From an uncultured Gammaproteobacteria bacterium (GTDB taxonomy: Bacteria > Patescibacteriota > Patescibacteriia > CAZGFX01): DNA of 64,000 bases. The DNA lies in contig CAZGFX010000002.1 of NCBI GenBank assembly GCA_964524845.1, forward strand, positions 157,422 through 221,421. Reading direction: 5' to 3'. This document shows, piece after piece, positions 34,286 to 44,700 of the stretch. The translations under genes were made by a program, and so were the position numbers. How positions within the stretch are numbered: the first letter of the stretch is position 1; every line of letters begins with the position of its first letter. The notes beneath the pieces were generated by a model that ran no database searches, was not told the origin of the DNA, and was given only the letters and a program-made list of their open reading frames with translations.

Positions 34286-35449
34286 TTATAATATACCGCT
34301 TTTAATACCGTTTCGTATTTGTTCCATTAATTTCAAATAAAACTCAATATTATTAAGTGTTGCGAGAGTAAGTGCCAACGGATCTCCGATTTTAAATAAG
34401 TGATGCAAATATGCTTTCGAGTATTTTTTCAACAAATTAACGTTTGATGTCTTCGAAATAGGAGAAAAATCTTGTGAAAATTTTTCGTTCGTTATTGTTT
34501 CTTCAATATAAAAATCTCTAGACAAGAATGAGTCCACTGCTTCAACAAATGAGTATAGTCTCGCATGGCGCGCCTCTCTACTTGGTATTACACAATCAAA
34601 CATGTCGACACCGCGCCTGACCGCCTCTACAATATTTTCTGGTTTTCCAACGCCCATAAGATATCTAGGTTTGTTTTTCGGCAACAAAGGACACACAACA
34701 TCAAGCATCTCATACATCTCTTCATGTGTCTCCCCAACGGCGAGTCCACCGATCGCAAATCCATCAAAATCAATCGCTGTTAATTCTTTCGCTGATCGTG
34801 CACGCAAATCTTCATATATCGATCCTTGCACTATAGCGAACAACTTTTGATCGTGCTTATATAATTTATTTGTGTTTTTATAATGAGCATATGATCTCTC
34901 TGCCCACTGTGTGGTCCTATCAACTGCGCTCTGCGCTATTTCATATGATGCTGGATTTTCAACACATTCATCAAGCACCATCATAATATCGCTTCCAATT
35001 ACTCGTTGAATATCAACGACTTTTTCCGGAGTAAACTTATGTGCGCTCCCGTCATATACGGATTGAAACTCGACTCCATCGGCGGTCAGGCGCGGTTTTT
35101 TTATTTTTGATAAAGATTCTGCTTGTTCATCACCAATCTGTTGTCTTCTTCCAAGCGAAAACGCTTGAAATCCTCCGCTGTCGGTAAGTATTGGGCCTGT
35201 CCACCTCATAAACGAGTGAAGTCCTCCTGCTTTTTGTAATATATCAAGCCCTGGTTTCAAATATAAATGATAAGTGTTTGAGAGTAAAATATTTGAATTT
35301 AGAGACGCAAAACGTTCAATATCAACAGATTTAATAACGCCTTTTGTCGCTATTGGCATGAAAAAAGGTGTTTCAATATCGCCATGATCAGTATGAAGCA
35401 AACCAAGACGTCCCGAATTATTTTTTGATGTCTGTTTTAATGTAAACAT
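34286..35449 (-). CDS. tgt: tRNA-guanine transglycosylase
   Basis: ETPFFMP, NTYHL, LTDSGGFQ, MVLDEC, IVQG, GGLAVGE, YLMGVG, DMFDCV. Confidence 0.97.
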   Translation of the reverse strand: MFTLKQTSKNNSGRLGLLHTDHGDIETPFFMPIATKGVIKSVDIERFASLNSNILLSNTYHLYLKPGLDILQKAGGLHSFMRWTGPILTDSGGFQAFSLGRRQQIGDEQAESLSKIKKPRLTADGVEFQSVYDGSAHKFTPEKVVDIQRVIGSDIMMVLDECVENPASYEIAQSAVDRTTQWAERSYAHYKNTNKLYKHDQKLFAIVQGSIYEDLRARSAKELTAIDFDGFAIGGLAVGETHEEMYEMLDVVCPLLPKNKPRYLMGVGKPENIVEAVRRGVDMFDCVIPSREARHARLYSFVEAVDSFLSRDFYIEETITNEKFSQDFSPISKTSNVNLLKKYSKAYLHHLFKIGDPLALTLATLNNIEFYLKLMEQIRNGIKSGIL

Positions 35450-35570
35450 GCTTTATATATAACAAAAAAACATAATCTCTGCAAACATTTTTATAAAAAA
35501 ACTCCTCGAACTTACGCTCGAGGTGACAATGTTCAGTCAAATTTACAATATTAGCCAAGTTGGCAATCCG

Positions 35571-35765
35571 TTCACCCTGTGAAATAAGATTTGAGCCTTC
35601 TTTTAATAAACATCTTACCATAAAAAGTCTTTAAATACTTTTCTCTTCGTGTGGCATCCTGTTGATTAAGACAAGCCTCAAAATAAATAAGTTTTAAAGG
35701 TCTTCTCTTTTTTGTTGATGATATTAACCCTTTATTATGTCGCTCAAATCTTATTTCACAGGGTA
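35571..35765. mobile_element. MITE-like element with a 23-bp inverted repeat
   Basis: ACCCTGTGAAATAAGATTTGAGC (35574-35596) and its exact reverse complement (35742-35764); flanking direct repeat AATCCG (35565-35570, 35766-35771). Confidence 0.6.
35572..35751 (-). pseudogene. C-terminal fragment of a small GIY-YIG nuclease
   Basis: Hand translation RFERHNKGLISSTKKRRPLKLIYFEACLNQQDATRREKYLKTFYGKMFIKRRLKSYFTG*. The N-terminal GIY/YIG motifs are missing. Confidence 0.75.
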
Positions 35766-35789
35766 AATCCGCAATTCGTAATTATATTA

Positions 35790-37832
35790 TTATTCCTTCA
35801 CAATACCCTGCCCTATTATCTTTGGATCTTTTATAAGATTTGTTGAGAGAAGAGCACTTGTTATTGATACCGCCTTTTTCTCTATCATGTCTTCTGCATT
35901 AAGACGTGTAGTTTGCACAAGTGCGAGGCTTTTTCCTACCTCTGTCTCCGCTGGAATAACAGCCACATTAAAACGAGCTTCGTATATTTTTCCATCACCG
36001 GATACTGATCCGACCGCCCAACGAACCTCATGGGTCTGGTCATTATAACTCAAAGAATCTCCAGAAATTACAGAACCCTTCCATAATACATAAGCTGGTA
36101 ATTCAGCATAGACTACCGTTTTTTCAAGTTGATTTGGTTGAGATGATAATTTCCAAACTATCTGATAACCAGTTTCTTGCCCAACAGTAGGTGGAAGCGG
36201 TCCTCCTAATATTGGTTTCTTTTCCGCATTATTATATAACACGTACGAATCAAGAAGTATTTGATTTCCGATTCTGTGCGTAATCATATCACTCGACCGA
36301 ATTGTTATCTCCTCTGGTGTCTCTGTGGTTTTGTTTTCTTCTGTTTCTTTTTGTTGTTTTGATATAGTTGAAATCATTATTGGAAACTTAAGATCCTCAG
36401 ACTTAAAAGAAGACATATCCGATGGTTTTGGTATTATTTTTAATGACCATTGTACCTGAATAACATCATCTGTTTTCATTTCAGCAAGCGCTGGAATTTC
36501 TTTTTGTGACCAGGAAACAGTGCGTTTTTCCTTATCAATAGAGGGCAAAATATCTGATTTAAAAGAAGAAATATCAAATGATTTAGAAATCACCGGTATC
36601 GTTACCAAAACATCCTTTAGAACATTTTGACTCGTGTTTTTTATCACGGCCTTGTATTCTATTATGTCTTCCCAGTCTGTTGTTTGAATATCATCTTCTG
36701 ATCCATTACCTGACAACGTAATCTCAATTGGTGGTTTCACTACAAACAATGTCTTTTTTACTCTTGTGACAATTCTTTCTGTATCTTCTTCCGGTATTGA
36801 TACTAGAATGACAAAATCAACGGCATTAACATTTGTTTGACTTAATGCTCCATTGTAATCTATTTTCATCTCCTCTTCTTGAACAAGTTCGTTAATAATC
36901 CACGAGGAAAGTGCTTCATCATACGAAATACGAGGGTTTTTCGGATCTTTTGAATTTGGTTTCGCAATGGTAAAACCAAATGGTTTTTCGAGTATTACTT
37001 TAACATTTGAAAGCTTTGAGTTTGATGTATTACGAAGTGTAAATGAATAATTGTTTTCTTGTTGAATTACTATTTTGTTGTCCATAACCACATCTACTTT
37101 AACGAGCGCATCTGAAACCTTGATTGTTTTTTCGTTTTTTATTTGAAATTCCGTATTGAAAGCAACTGGTTTATATCCTGTTTGCACACCGAAAACAACA
37201 TCATCACCAACATCTCCGAGAACGATTCCGGACACGATTATTTCTTTTGACGAGCCAACATTAATCTGATCATCCTTAAACGCGAGACGTTTTTTTGTAA
37301 CATCATCAACCGAAGGATCTGTATTTTTTACAATGAAATTATCCGGAACAAACAACTCAGTAAGAACATTGCCTATCTCAACCGATTCTTGGTTTCGAAC
37401 TTTTATTGTAATGGTTACCTCTTTTCCACTAATAACTTCGTCTGGACCGGAAATCGAAAGTTCGACTTTGTTGCCATGCTTAACCTCTGGTGTAAATATA
37501 AAAAATCCTGCCGCAGCTACAATCAAAAGCAAAAAAAGCGCTGTAATCGCAATTGTAAGAAAATCATTAAGTTTGTTTTTCCGACGCGTCATAAGTGTCG
37601 TATAGTCACGAGAAGCACTCCCGTTTTTTTCTTTATATTCATCAATGAACTCGCTCATAAACTCTCCGTTTTGTAACTGAGTGTCTTTTGTTTTTTTCTT
37701 AAATTGTTCGTTTTGTTTCTTTTCTGTGTGTTCTGTTTGTTGCTGTACTGTTTTTTCAGCCGAGGTCCCGCGAACGGGATAAGACTGATTATTTTTTTGT
37801 TGATGTGAAGCTTTTTTTATTATGTCTGACAT
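35790..37832 (-). CDS. Single-TM protein with multiple Ig-like (DUF11-like) domains
   Basis: TM at about aa 92-113, repeated beta-rich modules, C-terminal GPLPPTVGQETGYQIVW. Confidence 0.75.
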   Translation of the reverse strand: MSDIIKKASHQQKNNQSYPVRGTSAEKTVQQQTEHTEKKQNEQFKKKTKDTQLQNGEFMSEFIDEYKEKNGSASRDYTTLMTRRKNKLNDFLTIAITALFLLLIVAAAGFFIFTPEVKHGNKVELSISGPDEVISGKEVTITIKVRNQESVEIGNVLTELFVPDNFIVKNTDPSVDDVTKKRLAFKDDQINVGSSKEIIVSGIVLGDVGDDVVFGVQTGYKPVAFNTEFQIKNEKTIKVSDALVKVDVVMDNKIVIQQENNYSFTLRNTSNSKLSNVKVILEKPFGFTIAKPNSKDPKNPRISYDEALSSWIINELVQEEEMKIDYNGALSQTNVNAVDFVILVSIPEEDTERIVTRVKKTLFVVKPPIEITLSGNGSEDDIQTTDWEDIIEYKAVIKNTSQNVLKDVLVTIPVISKSFDISSFKSDILPSIDKEKRTVSWSQKEIPALAEMKTDDVIQVQWSLKIIPKPSDMSSFKSEDLKFPIMISTISKQQKETEENKTTETPEEITIRSSDMITHRIGNQILLDSYVLYNNAEKKPILGGPLPPTVGQETGYQIVWKLSSQPNQLEKTVVYAELPAYVLWKGSVISGDSLSYNDQTHEVRWAVGSVSGDGKIYEARFNVAVIPAETEVGKSLALVQTTRLNAEDMIEKKAVSITSALLSTNLIKDPKIIGQGIVKE

Positions 37833-38596
37833 ACTAATTGAATCATTTCTCTTGTACGCACAGGCCTCTCAAGCCTAAATTGCCAGTATTCTGACAAAAT
37901 ATGATATAAACTCTCCTGCTCTTTATTAGTATACACTAAATTAGCAAAATCCGATAGGTTGGAGTTTTCAGCGATCTTACGTAAATTTTGTATTTCAATT
38001 AGAAGATTTTCTTCCAATATGTATCTCGTATGATGCGATAAACGAATACATTCTGCATGAACGACTCCGCCGTGTGAAGGATGAAACTCGCACATCGATA
38101 CAATCGGTTCGTGACAAACACAACAAAACTCCGTTTCTGGTCGTATACCAAGTATATGAAGTGTCTTAAGATAACACATATTCAGAATTATAAATCCGTC
38201 TCTTATGGGATCAAAAGATGGATTGTCTAATGCTAAAAAAGCATCCTTCATTATATTATATATTTGTTTAGAATGAGTATTATCCTCGTGCATATGAAGA
38301 ACGTTTTCCATAATGTGATATGCCAAATATGTACGCGCAACGCTTGAAACAATATTTTTATACAAACACTTCGTTGATACAGAAACGAGTCTTTCCGATC
38401 CTTTTCCACGAGCAATCATAATATCAACCTCTCGAAATGGTTCGAGAAATGGTCGAAGTTTACTCTTGATGTTTCGAGTTGATTTACTAATAAGCGATTG
38501 AAGTCCTTTTGTTGGACCATATATATGAACAATCGCGTCTTTTTCTCCTACATCGAATCTTCTCAAAACAAATGCATGTGTTCTGTATGTGGACAT
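37820..38596 (-). CDS. recO: DNA repair protein RecO
   Basis: AFVLRRFDVGEKD, SKLRPFLEPF, LGIRPE..FCCVC...HGGVVH..C. Confidence 0.88.
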   Translation of the reverse strand: MSTYRTHAFVLRRFDVGEKDAIVHIYGPTKGLQSLISKSTRNIKSKLRPFLEPFREVDIMIARGKGSERLVSVSTKCLYKNIVSSVARTYLAYHIMENVLHMHEDNTHSKQIYNIMKDAFLALDNPSFDPIRDGFIILNMCYLKTLHILGIRPETEFCCVCHEPIVSMCEFHPSHGGVVHAECIRLSHHTRYILEENLLIEIQNLRKIAENSNLSDFANLVYTNKEQESLYHILSEYWQFRLERPVRTREMIQLVCQT

Positions 38597-38602
38597 GGGA
38601 AT

Positions 38603-38707
38603 AAAAGTCAAAAGTTAAAAGTCAAAAGTCAAAAGCTTGTACTGAGCGAAGCGAACGTATTAAAGGTTAGAAGTCAAAAGGCAAAAGTCAGAAGTCATAA
38701 GTCAAAA
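38603..38707 (+). repeat. Degenerate 7-bp tandem repeat (AAAAGTC)n interrupted by a REP-like motif
   Basis: AAAAGTC AAAAGTT AAAAGTC AAAAGTC AAAAGCT-tgtACTGAGCGAAGCGAACGTatt-AAAGGTT AGAAGTC AAAAGGC AAAAGTC AGAAGTC ATAAGTC. Confidence 0.8.
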
Positions 38708-38724
38708 ACAAGAATAACAAAAGA

Positions 38725-41655
38725 TTATGTTTTTTTCACTCTGACAGTACAAACCTCTCCGTTTATATCAAGATCCGATGGATTATCCCCTTCTTCGCCA
38801 AACACAAGAGTTCTCGAACGCGTATCAACCGATAACTCTTTGTTATAAGTTTCTAGTGCTTTCTTTATGTCTTCAGATTTTGTCGAATAATAAATATCAA
38901 CAACATCATGAATTGTAAGGCCTAGTTGTTTTCTATAATCGTTTATTTTGCGTGTTATTTCTCTTGAAATTCCTTTTATTTTAAGCTCTTGTGTAATTTC
39001 AATATCAAGACCAACAATTGTGTTTCCTTCTTGTTTTACGACAACTCCATCTTTCTCTTTAATTGATTCGGCAAAAACAACCCCTTCTACATTAAGTTCA
39101 TCTGCTATTATGTTTCTATACTCATCTGATATTTCTTTTTGCACAAACAATTTAGACAGCGGTTGTCTGATCTTAATTCCGGCATCATTGCGCAAAGCAA
39201 GACCGAGCTCAATTATTCTACGAGCTTCATCCATTGTTTTCTCAACATCTTTTGTTCCTGAAACAACAATTTGAGTTGGCCAAGATTGCATATGAACCGA
39301 CTCAGTATATCCGAGTCTTCGATACATATATTCAGAAACAAAAGGAACGAAAGGTGCCGCGACTTTCGCGAGTTCCGTTAAAATATGTCGAAGTGTTGCA
39401 GAAAATGCTTTCTGATCATCATCCATTATCTTATTACGATCACGTGATCGTCTTATATACCAAGTAGACAAACCGTCCACAAAATCCATTAATGCACGCG
39501 ACGCCTTAAAAATATCATAGGATTCCATATTTACACGAACATCTTCTATCAGGTTGTTTAGTTTAGCAACTATCCATATATCAAGTGGATTTTTCGTACC
39601 GGCAACAACTCCTCCATCTGATTTGTATGTTTCGTAATACACTATTACGTTGAGCCAAAGTAGAAACATTTTCTTTACTATCAAATCAACTCCTTTCTCG
39701 TCAAAATTTTTTGCATCTCCAGGCTGATTCATCGTAAACATATAAAGACGCGTAGCATCAGCTCCGTATTTTTCAAATATTGTCTCCGGATCAATGATAT
39801 TTCCTTTTGATTTTGACATCTTCTTACCGTGTTTATCATTGATGTGTCCGAGACAAATTACATTTTTATATGGACTAGGAAGCCCTAGGAGTGTCGAGAT
39901 GGCTAGAAGAGTATAAAACCAACCACGAGTCTGATCTATGGCCTCACATATATATTCAGCTGGGTATTCTTTTATTTCTTTGCTTTCACCAAATACGTGA
40001 TGATGTTGGGCATATGGCATACCTCCGGAATCAAACCAACAATCCATGACCTCGGGCACACGATGAGCTTCTTTTCCACACGTGTCACATTTAATAATAA
40101 CATCATCAACAAATGGTTTATGAAGATCAAGCGAATCAGAAACAGAAGTCAGTGATTTTTCTTTCAGTGTTTTAACTGAACCCATAACATTAATATGCTT
40201 ATCTTCGCATTCCCACACAGGCAATGGTGTTCCCCAATATCGTTCTCTAGATATTGCCCAATCCTTTACACCCTCTAACCACTCGCCGAATCGACCTTCT
40301 TTTATGTGTTCAGGAATCCAGTTTATTTTTGTGTTTTGTTTAACAAGTTCTCCTGATAACTCGCTCATACGAATAAACCACGATGGTTTCGCATAATAAA
40401 TGAGTGGCGTACCACATCTCCAACAATAAGGATATGTGTGTTTATATGCTTCGTGTTTTAAAAGAAGTCCTCGTGATTCCAAATTGGTTATAAATTCTTT
40501 TTCCAAACCGTCTTCTTTCACAAACCTCTTGTTTATTTGATTAATAAAATCCTTCTGATCATCAGAATCAAATAATTTCAAATCAAAATTTCCTGCTGTA
40601 TCAACAGTGTGATATTCGGGAAGCCCAAACTGTTTTCCAAGTTGATAATCATCTTCTCCATAAACAACAGCCGTATGAACGATGCCTGTTCCATCTGTCG
40701 TAGTAACAAAAGACGCAGGAAGAACAACATAAGACTGTTCGGATCCTTTACAATCAACCGTCTTATACAAAGGATCGTACTTTATTCCGAGTAGATCTTT
40801 TCCACTAAATTCCGACAACACTTCGTATTCCTCGTCTTTTAAAATTGTTTCTATTAAATTTTTTGCAAAAATTAAATTATCGCCATTTTTTAACTGGATT
40901 TTTACATATGTAACATCCTCTCCGACAGCAAGTGCAACATTTCCAGGAAGTGTCCACGGAGTTGTCGTCCATGCGAGTAAAAAGTCTCCCTGTTTAACTT
41001 CGGGTGACAAGCTTGAAAGCACCTTAAACTTCACATAAACTGCCTCATCAAAAACATCTTTATATCCTTGTGCGACCTCATGTGATGAAAGCGTTACCTG
41101 ATCCTTAGGACAATAAGGAACGACTTTGAATCCTTTGTATAAATATCCTTTTTTATTAATTTCAGAAACAATGCTCCACAATGATTCTATATATTCATTC
41201 TCATATGTAATATATGGATGTTCCATATCCACCCAGTATCCCATTCGTTCAGTCATCACTTCCCAATCAGATTTGAACTTCCATACAGATTCTTTACAAA
41301 GTTGATTGAACTTCGCAATGCTTGCACTTTTGTCTCCGAGAACTAGGTTTTCAATATCTTTCTTTCCTGAGATACCAAGTTCTTTCTCAACTGCTATTTC
41401 AACCGGGAGTCCGTGCGTATCCCATCCGGCTTTGCGAATAACTCTATATCCTTGCATCGTCTTGAAACGAAGCATCACATCTTTAAATGCACGAGCAAGC
41501 ACATGATGAATACCAGGTTTACCATTCGCGGTCGGTGGTCCGTCATAAAAAACAAACTCTCCTCGTGGAGAATCTTTCTGATCTGTTTTCTCCAAAGTTT
41601 TCTCTTCCTTCCATATTTTGAGAATGTCTTTTTCTACATCTGAAAATCGTATCAT
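38725..41655 (-). CDS. ileS: Isoleucine--tRNA ligase (type 2)
   Basis: YDGPPTANGKPGIHH, GWDTHGLPVE, WTTTPWTLPGN, DWAISRERYWG, EAIDQTRGWF, KMSKS. Confidence 0.98.
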   Translation of the reverse strand: MIRFSDVEKDILKIWKEEKTLEKTDQKDSPRGEFVFYDGPPTANGKPGIHHVLARAFKDVMLRFKTMQGYRVIRKAGWDTHGLPVEIAVEKELGISGKKDIENLVLGDKSASIAKFNQLCKESVWKFKSDWEVMTERMGYWVDMEHPYITYENEYIESLWSIVSEINKKGYLYKGFKVVPYCPKDQVTLSSHEVAQGYKDVFDEAVYVKFKVLSSLSPEVKQGDFLLAWTTTPWTLPGNVALAVGEDVTYVKIQLKNGDNLIFAKNLIETILKDEEYEVLSEFSGKDLLGIKYDPLYKTVDCKGSEQSYVVLPASFVTTTDGTGIVHTAVVYGEDDYQLGKQFGLPEYHTVDTAGNFDLKLFDSDDQKDFINQINKRFVKEDGLEKEFITNLESRGLLLKHEAYKHTYPYCWRCGTPLIYYAKPSWFIRMSELSGELVKQNTKINWIPEHIKEGRFGEWLEGVKDWAISRERYWGTPLPVWECEDKHINVMGSVKTLKEKSLTSVSDSLDLHKPFVDDVIIKCDTCGKEAHRVPEVMDCWFDSGGMPYAQHHHVFGESKEIKEYPAEYICEAIDQTRGWFYTLLAISTLLGLPSPYKNVICLGHINDKHGKKMSKSKGNIIDPETIFEKYGADATRLYMFTMNQPGDAKNFDEKGVDLIVKKMFLLWLNVIVYYETYKSDGGVVAGTKNPLDIWIVAKLNNLIEDVRVNMESYDIFKASRALMDFVDGLSTWYIRRSRDRNKIMDDDQKAFSATLRHILTELAKVAAPFVPFVSEYMYRRLGYTESVHMQSWPTQIVVSGTKDVEKTMDEARRIIELGLALRNDAGIKIRQPLSKLFVQKEISDEYRNIIADELNVEGVVFAESIKEKDGVVVKQEGNTIVGLDIEITQELKIKGISREITRKINDYRKQLGLTIHDVVDIYYSTKSEDIKKALETYNKELSVDTRSRTLVFGEEGDNPSDLDINGEVCTVRVKKT

Positions 41656-41750
41656 AGTGGTTTCAATAACTTTTGTTACGGTAATTATATTACATAAAAA
41701 AAATCATACTGTCACCTCTCTGAACACTTAAAATGACTTATTTTAGCGTT

Positions 41751-44700
41751 TTATTGGTTTTCTACCATACTTACATCTGTTCCCGTTTCGCTCGTAGGAG
41801 TTGTTTCGCCTGATGATGTTGTGGTCACAGGAGTTGAAACAGGTTGATCAACAATAACTGGAGAAGCTGGGGTTTCCGGAATAGGCTCACTTGTTTCTAT
41901 TATCTCCGCAAGCGAATCTGTTGGTGGTGTTGGATTGTTTATATATATTGGTACGTTTGGATTTATCGTATCGCGATTAATCTGATCTGTACCCACTTCG
42001 AATGCGAGCCATGTCACATCAACAAACTTCGCACAACCAGGTTCAGTCGCGACATCACACACGGGCTCTGACATCTCTATATCAAAACCTTCTTCGGTTT
42101 GATTACTTACCCATACGCGTCCTTTCCACGATCTAGCAGTATCAGGATCTTCAAACTTCGGCGTCAATGAAACAAGAACCTCATTTTTTTTCGGTGCGAC
42201 AAATGCAATATGTTGTGTTATTTGATTATATGAAAATCTAACAGACCCTGCCACATCTTTTGAAACAACCGAGAGACCACCTTTCAATTCAAGATTCTTT
42301 TCAAGTGTTACTGCATCCCGTACGACAAGTGTTCCTTGTATTTCAACATTTCCTTTCACGACAAGATCTTTTTCAAATACCGCTTTTTCTTTCACAACAA
42401 GAGCACCCGTCAAAGACATTATTGCAACATCAATTTGTAAACCATCTCCCAAAGACCATTTATTGTATTGAGGATTAATGTCTTCAACAATATTTTGTAC
42501 GTTAGGATCTGGTGTTTGCTGAACATCGCTTGGATCAATATAGACTCCTTGTATATCTCCTGCGCTAGGCTGTACCTGAACATCATCATCGCCTTCGACT
42601 ACTTCTTCGTCATCAAAAACAAGACTTAAACCATATAATTCATCAGTCGTGGCCATTCCAATCCAATATTGCGGTTGAACAAAAACAATAACTGAATTAG
42701 TACTTGGTTCAATACCCGAACTCCATCCGCTCATCGCCTGTCCGACAACGAATCCAGGACCGGTTGCTTTGATAGCATATCCTGGCATATCAGGAGATGA
42801 AGATAGATAATCACCAGTCACAATATCAGCAGAATGATTTATATCAATCTTCACAGGTACTCGACCGACAAGCACGACAAGTTTTGAAGACTGATCGTCA
42901 GAAGTTGTTTCAAGTGTTGTGTTTGGATGTTCCGTAACAACTCCGATAACACTCTTACCAGATGTACGAGTTGCTTTAACAACCGACTCCGAATCAGACG
43001 GATCAATTGAAACCAAATCTCCTTGTTCTATTGATAAATCACCAACTTGATAATACTTAGCGAGATCAAATACTTGTCTATTAAGTTCATTTAAAGCACC
43101 GACAATTGATGTTGATGTGAATGTCCCATCAAGTTTCGTATTTGTATCATCCGCAAGCGCGATTGGTGATTCTGTGTGTGAATCAGCAAGTCCGTTTCCT
43201 ACATTTACGGTATCAGTCACTACTATATTTTTCGCAGTGAGTGTTCCTGCTCCGTTTGTTGAAATCAGCCCTCCGTCTGATGAGAATGATCCGATGGTAA
43301 GCGTACCACCAGAAATTCCGCTAGTTACAGCTAAATTATTGACCGATAGTGTTCCTAGTCCGTTTGATGTAATAAGACCATTATCAGATGAAAATGAGTT
43401 TGTTTTTATTGTGCCTGTTGTAATATTTCCCAAACCATCTGATTGTATTACTCCTCCGTCAGACGAAATTTTTGGCAATGAAAGCGCAAGCGTTCCGTTC
43501 ATAAGAGGATCGAGAATATTTGTTTTTGTTTTTTGCATCTCTTTGAGAAGCAACACGGATAGAATTTCATAATGAACGGAATCTGGGCGACCCTGATTAT
43601 CGAAAAACACAAGCTGAGGAAGAACTTCCGCTGCTTCTTCCGCAATCAAACCAAATGTCCTATTCTCTGGTAGATCAGGAAGCTCGTTTGGCGTATAACT
43701 TACTGGTCTCAAATCAAATATTTTCGATGTATCAGTTTCTATATCTGTAATACTCTTTTTATATCGTCGTGATGATGTATATTTAAATAATTGATTACTA
43801 CCATTTATATGAATAGCAGTACCTGCCGTACCACTCGAAGGAAGTCCATCAAAAGCAACTGTACTACTAGCATAAAAAGATCCTTCTATTTCTGTATAAC
43901 CCAAAAACGAATCTCCATTAACAAAAAAATCATTATCAGCTTCCAATCTTCCACCATAAAAATAGGCATCCCCATCTGAGGTAATAGAAAATCTGTTCAC
44001 ACTGTTTGTTTCTATATTAAAATCATTTGGGCCTGAGTTGGAATAAACTAAAACATTAGTATCGGAAAAAGCTATCTGTGGATCCTCGCTAGTAAGAAAA
44101 AGACTTCTATTCATATCTATGGAAGATCCGATTGTTATATTACTATCATCCGGGTCACCTAATATTAATTCGCGACCACTATATGAGACTGTAAGTGCCG
44201 TACCAGTCCAAGCACCACCATCACCTGACATAGACATTTTAAACTTACTAATATTAGGTGCAGAAGTATCAATACCCATAGAAACAGTATCATCGCCTGA
44301 TTTAAACATTAAAGTAGCATCCCCGGTACCCATTTGTTCTATTTTCAACATTGGTGTTGTTTCGGTACTGTTTTCATATATATGAAAATTTGCACTTGGT
44401 GCATTTGTGCCTAATCCAAATCTAATACTCGTTCCATTATAACCAGTATATCTAATATAAGAGTCTTCAAAATATCCTAATTTCATCTCTAAAGAATCAT
44501 CGTAAATTCCAGATAAATTTACCGATCCATCGCTAGGCATTACTCTAAAAAAACCATAAGAATTATCAAAAGTTGGCGGGTAAGATCCATCATTAAAACC
44601 TATAACAAAATCGTCATAAGATGTCGAACTATCAATACCCATTACATAATGTCCTGATGAAGACGATGTGTCAGAAACAAATCCAATTGCCGGATCTCCT

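Noticed and set aside
35418-35621. 67-aa ORF upstream of tgt
   Set aside because: Out-of-frame reading through the GIY-YIG remnant and a terminator-like hairpin.
38498-38848. 116-aa + strand ORF (KSQKLKVKSQK)
   Set aside because: Translation of the heptamer repeat, antisense to recO and ileS.
2702-41655. Clustering of six aminoacyl-tRNA synthetases as a special system
   Set aside because: Plausibly a consequence of a small genome dense in translation genes; no T-box leaders seen.
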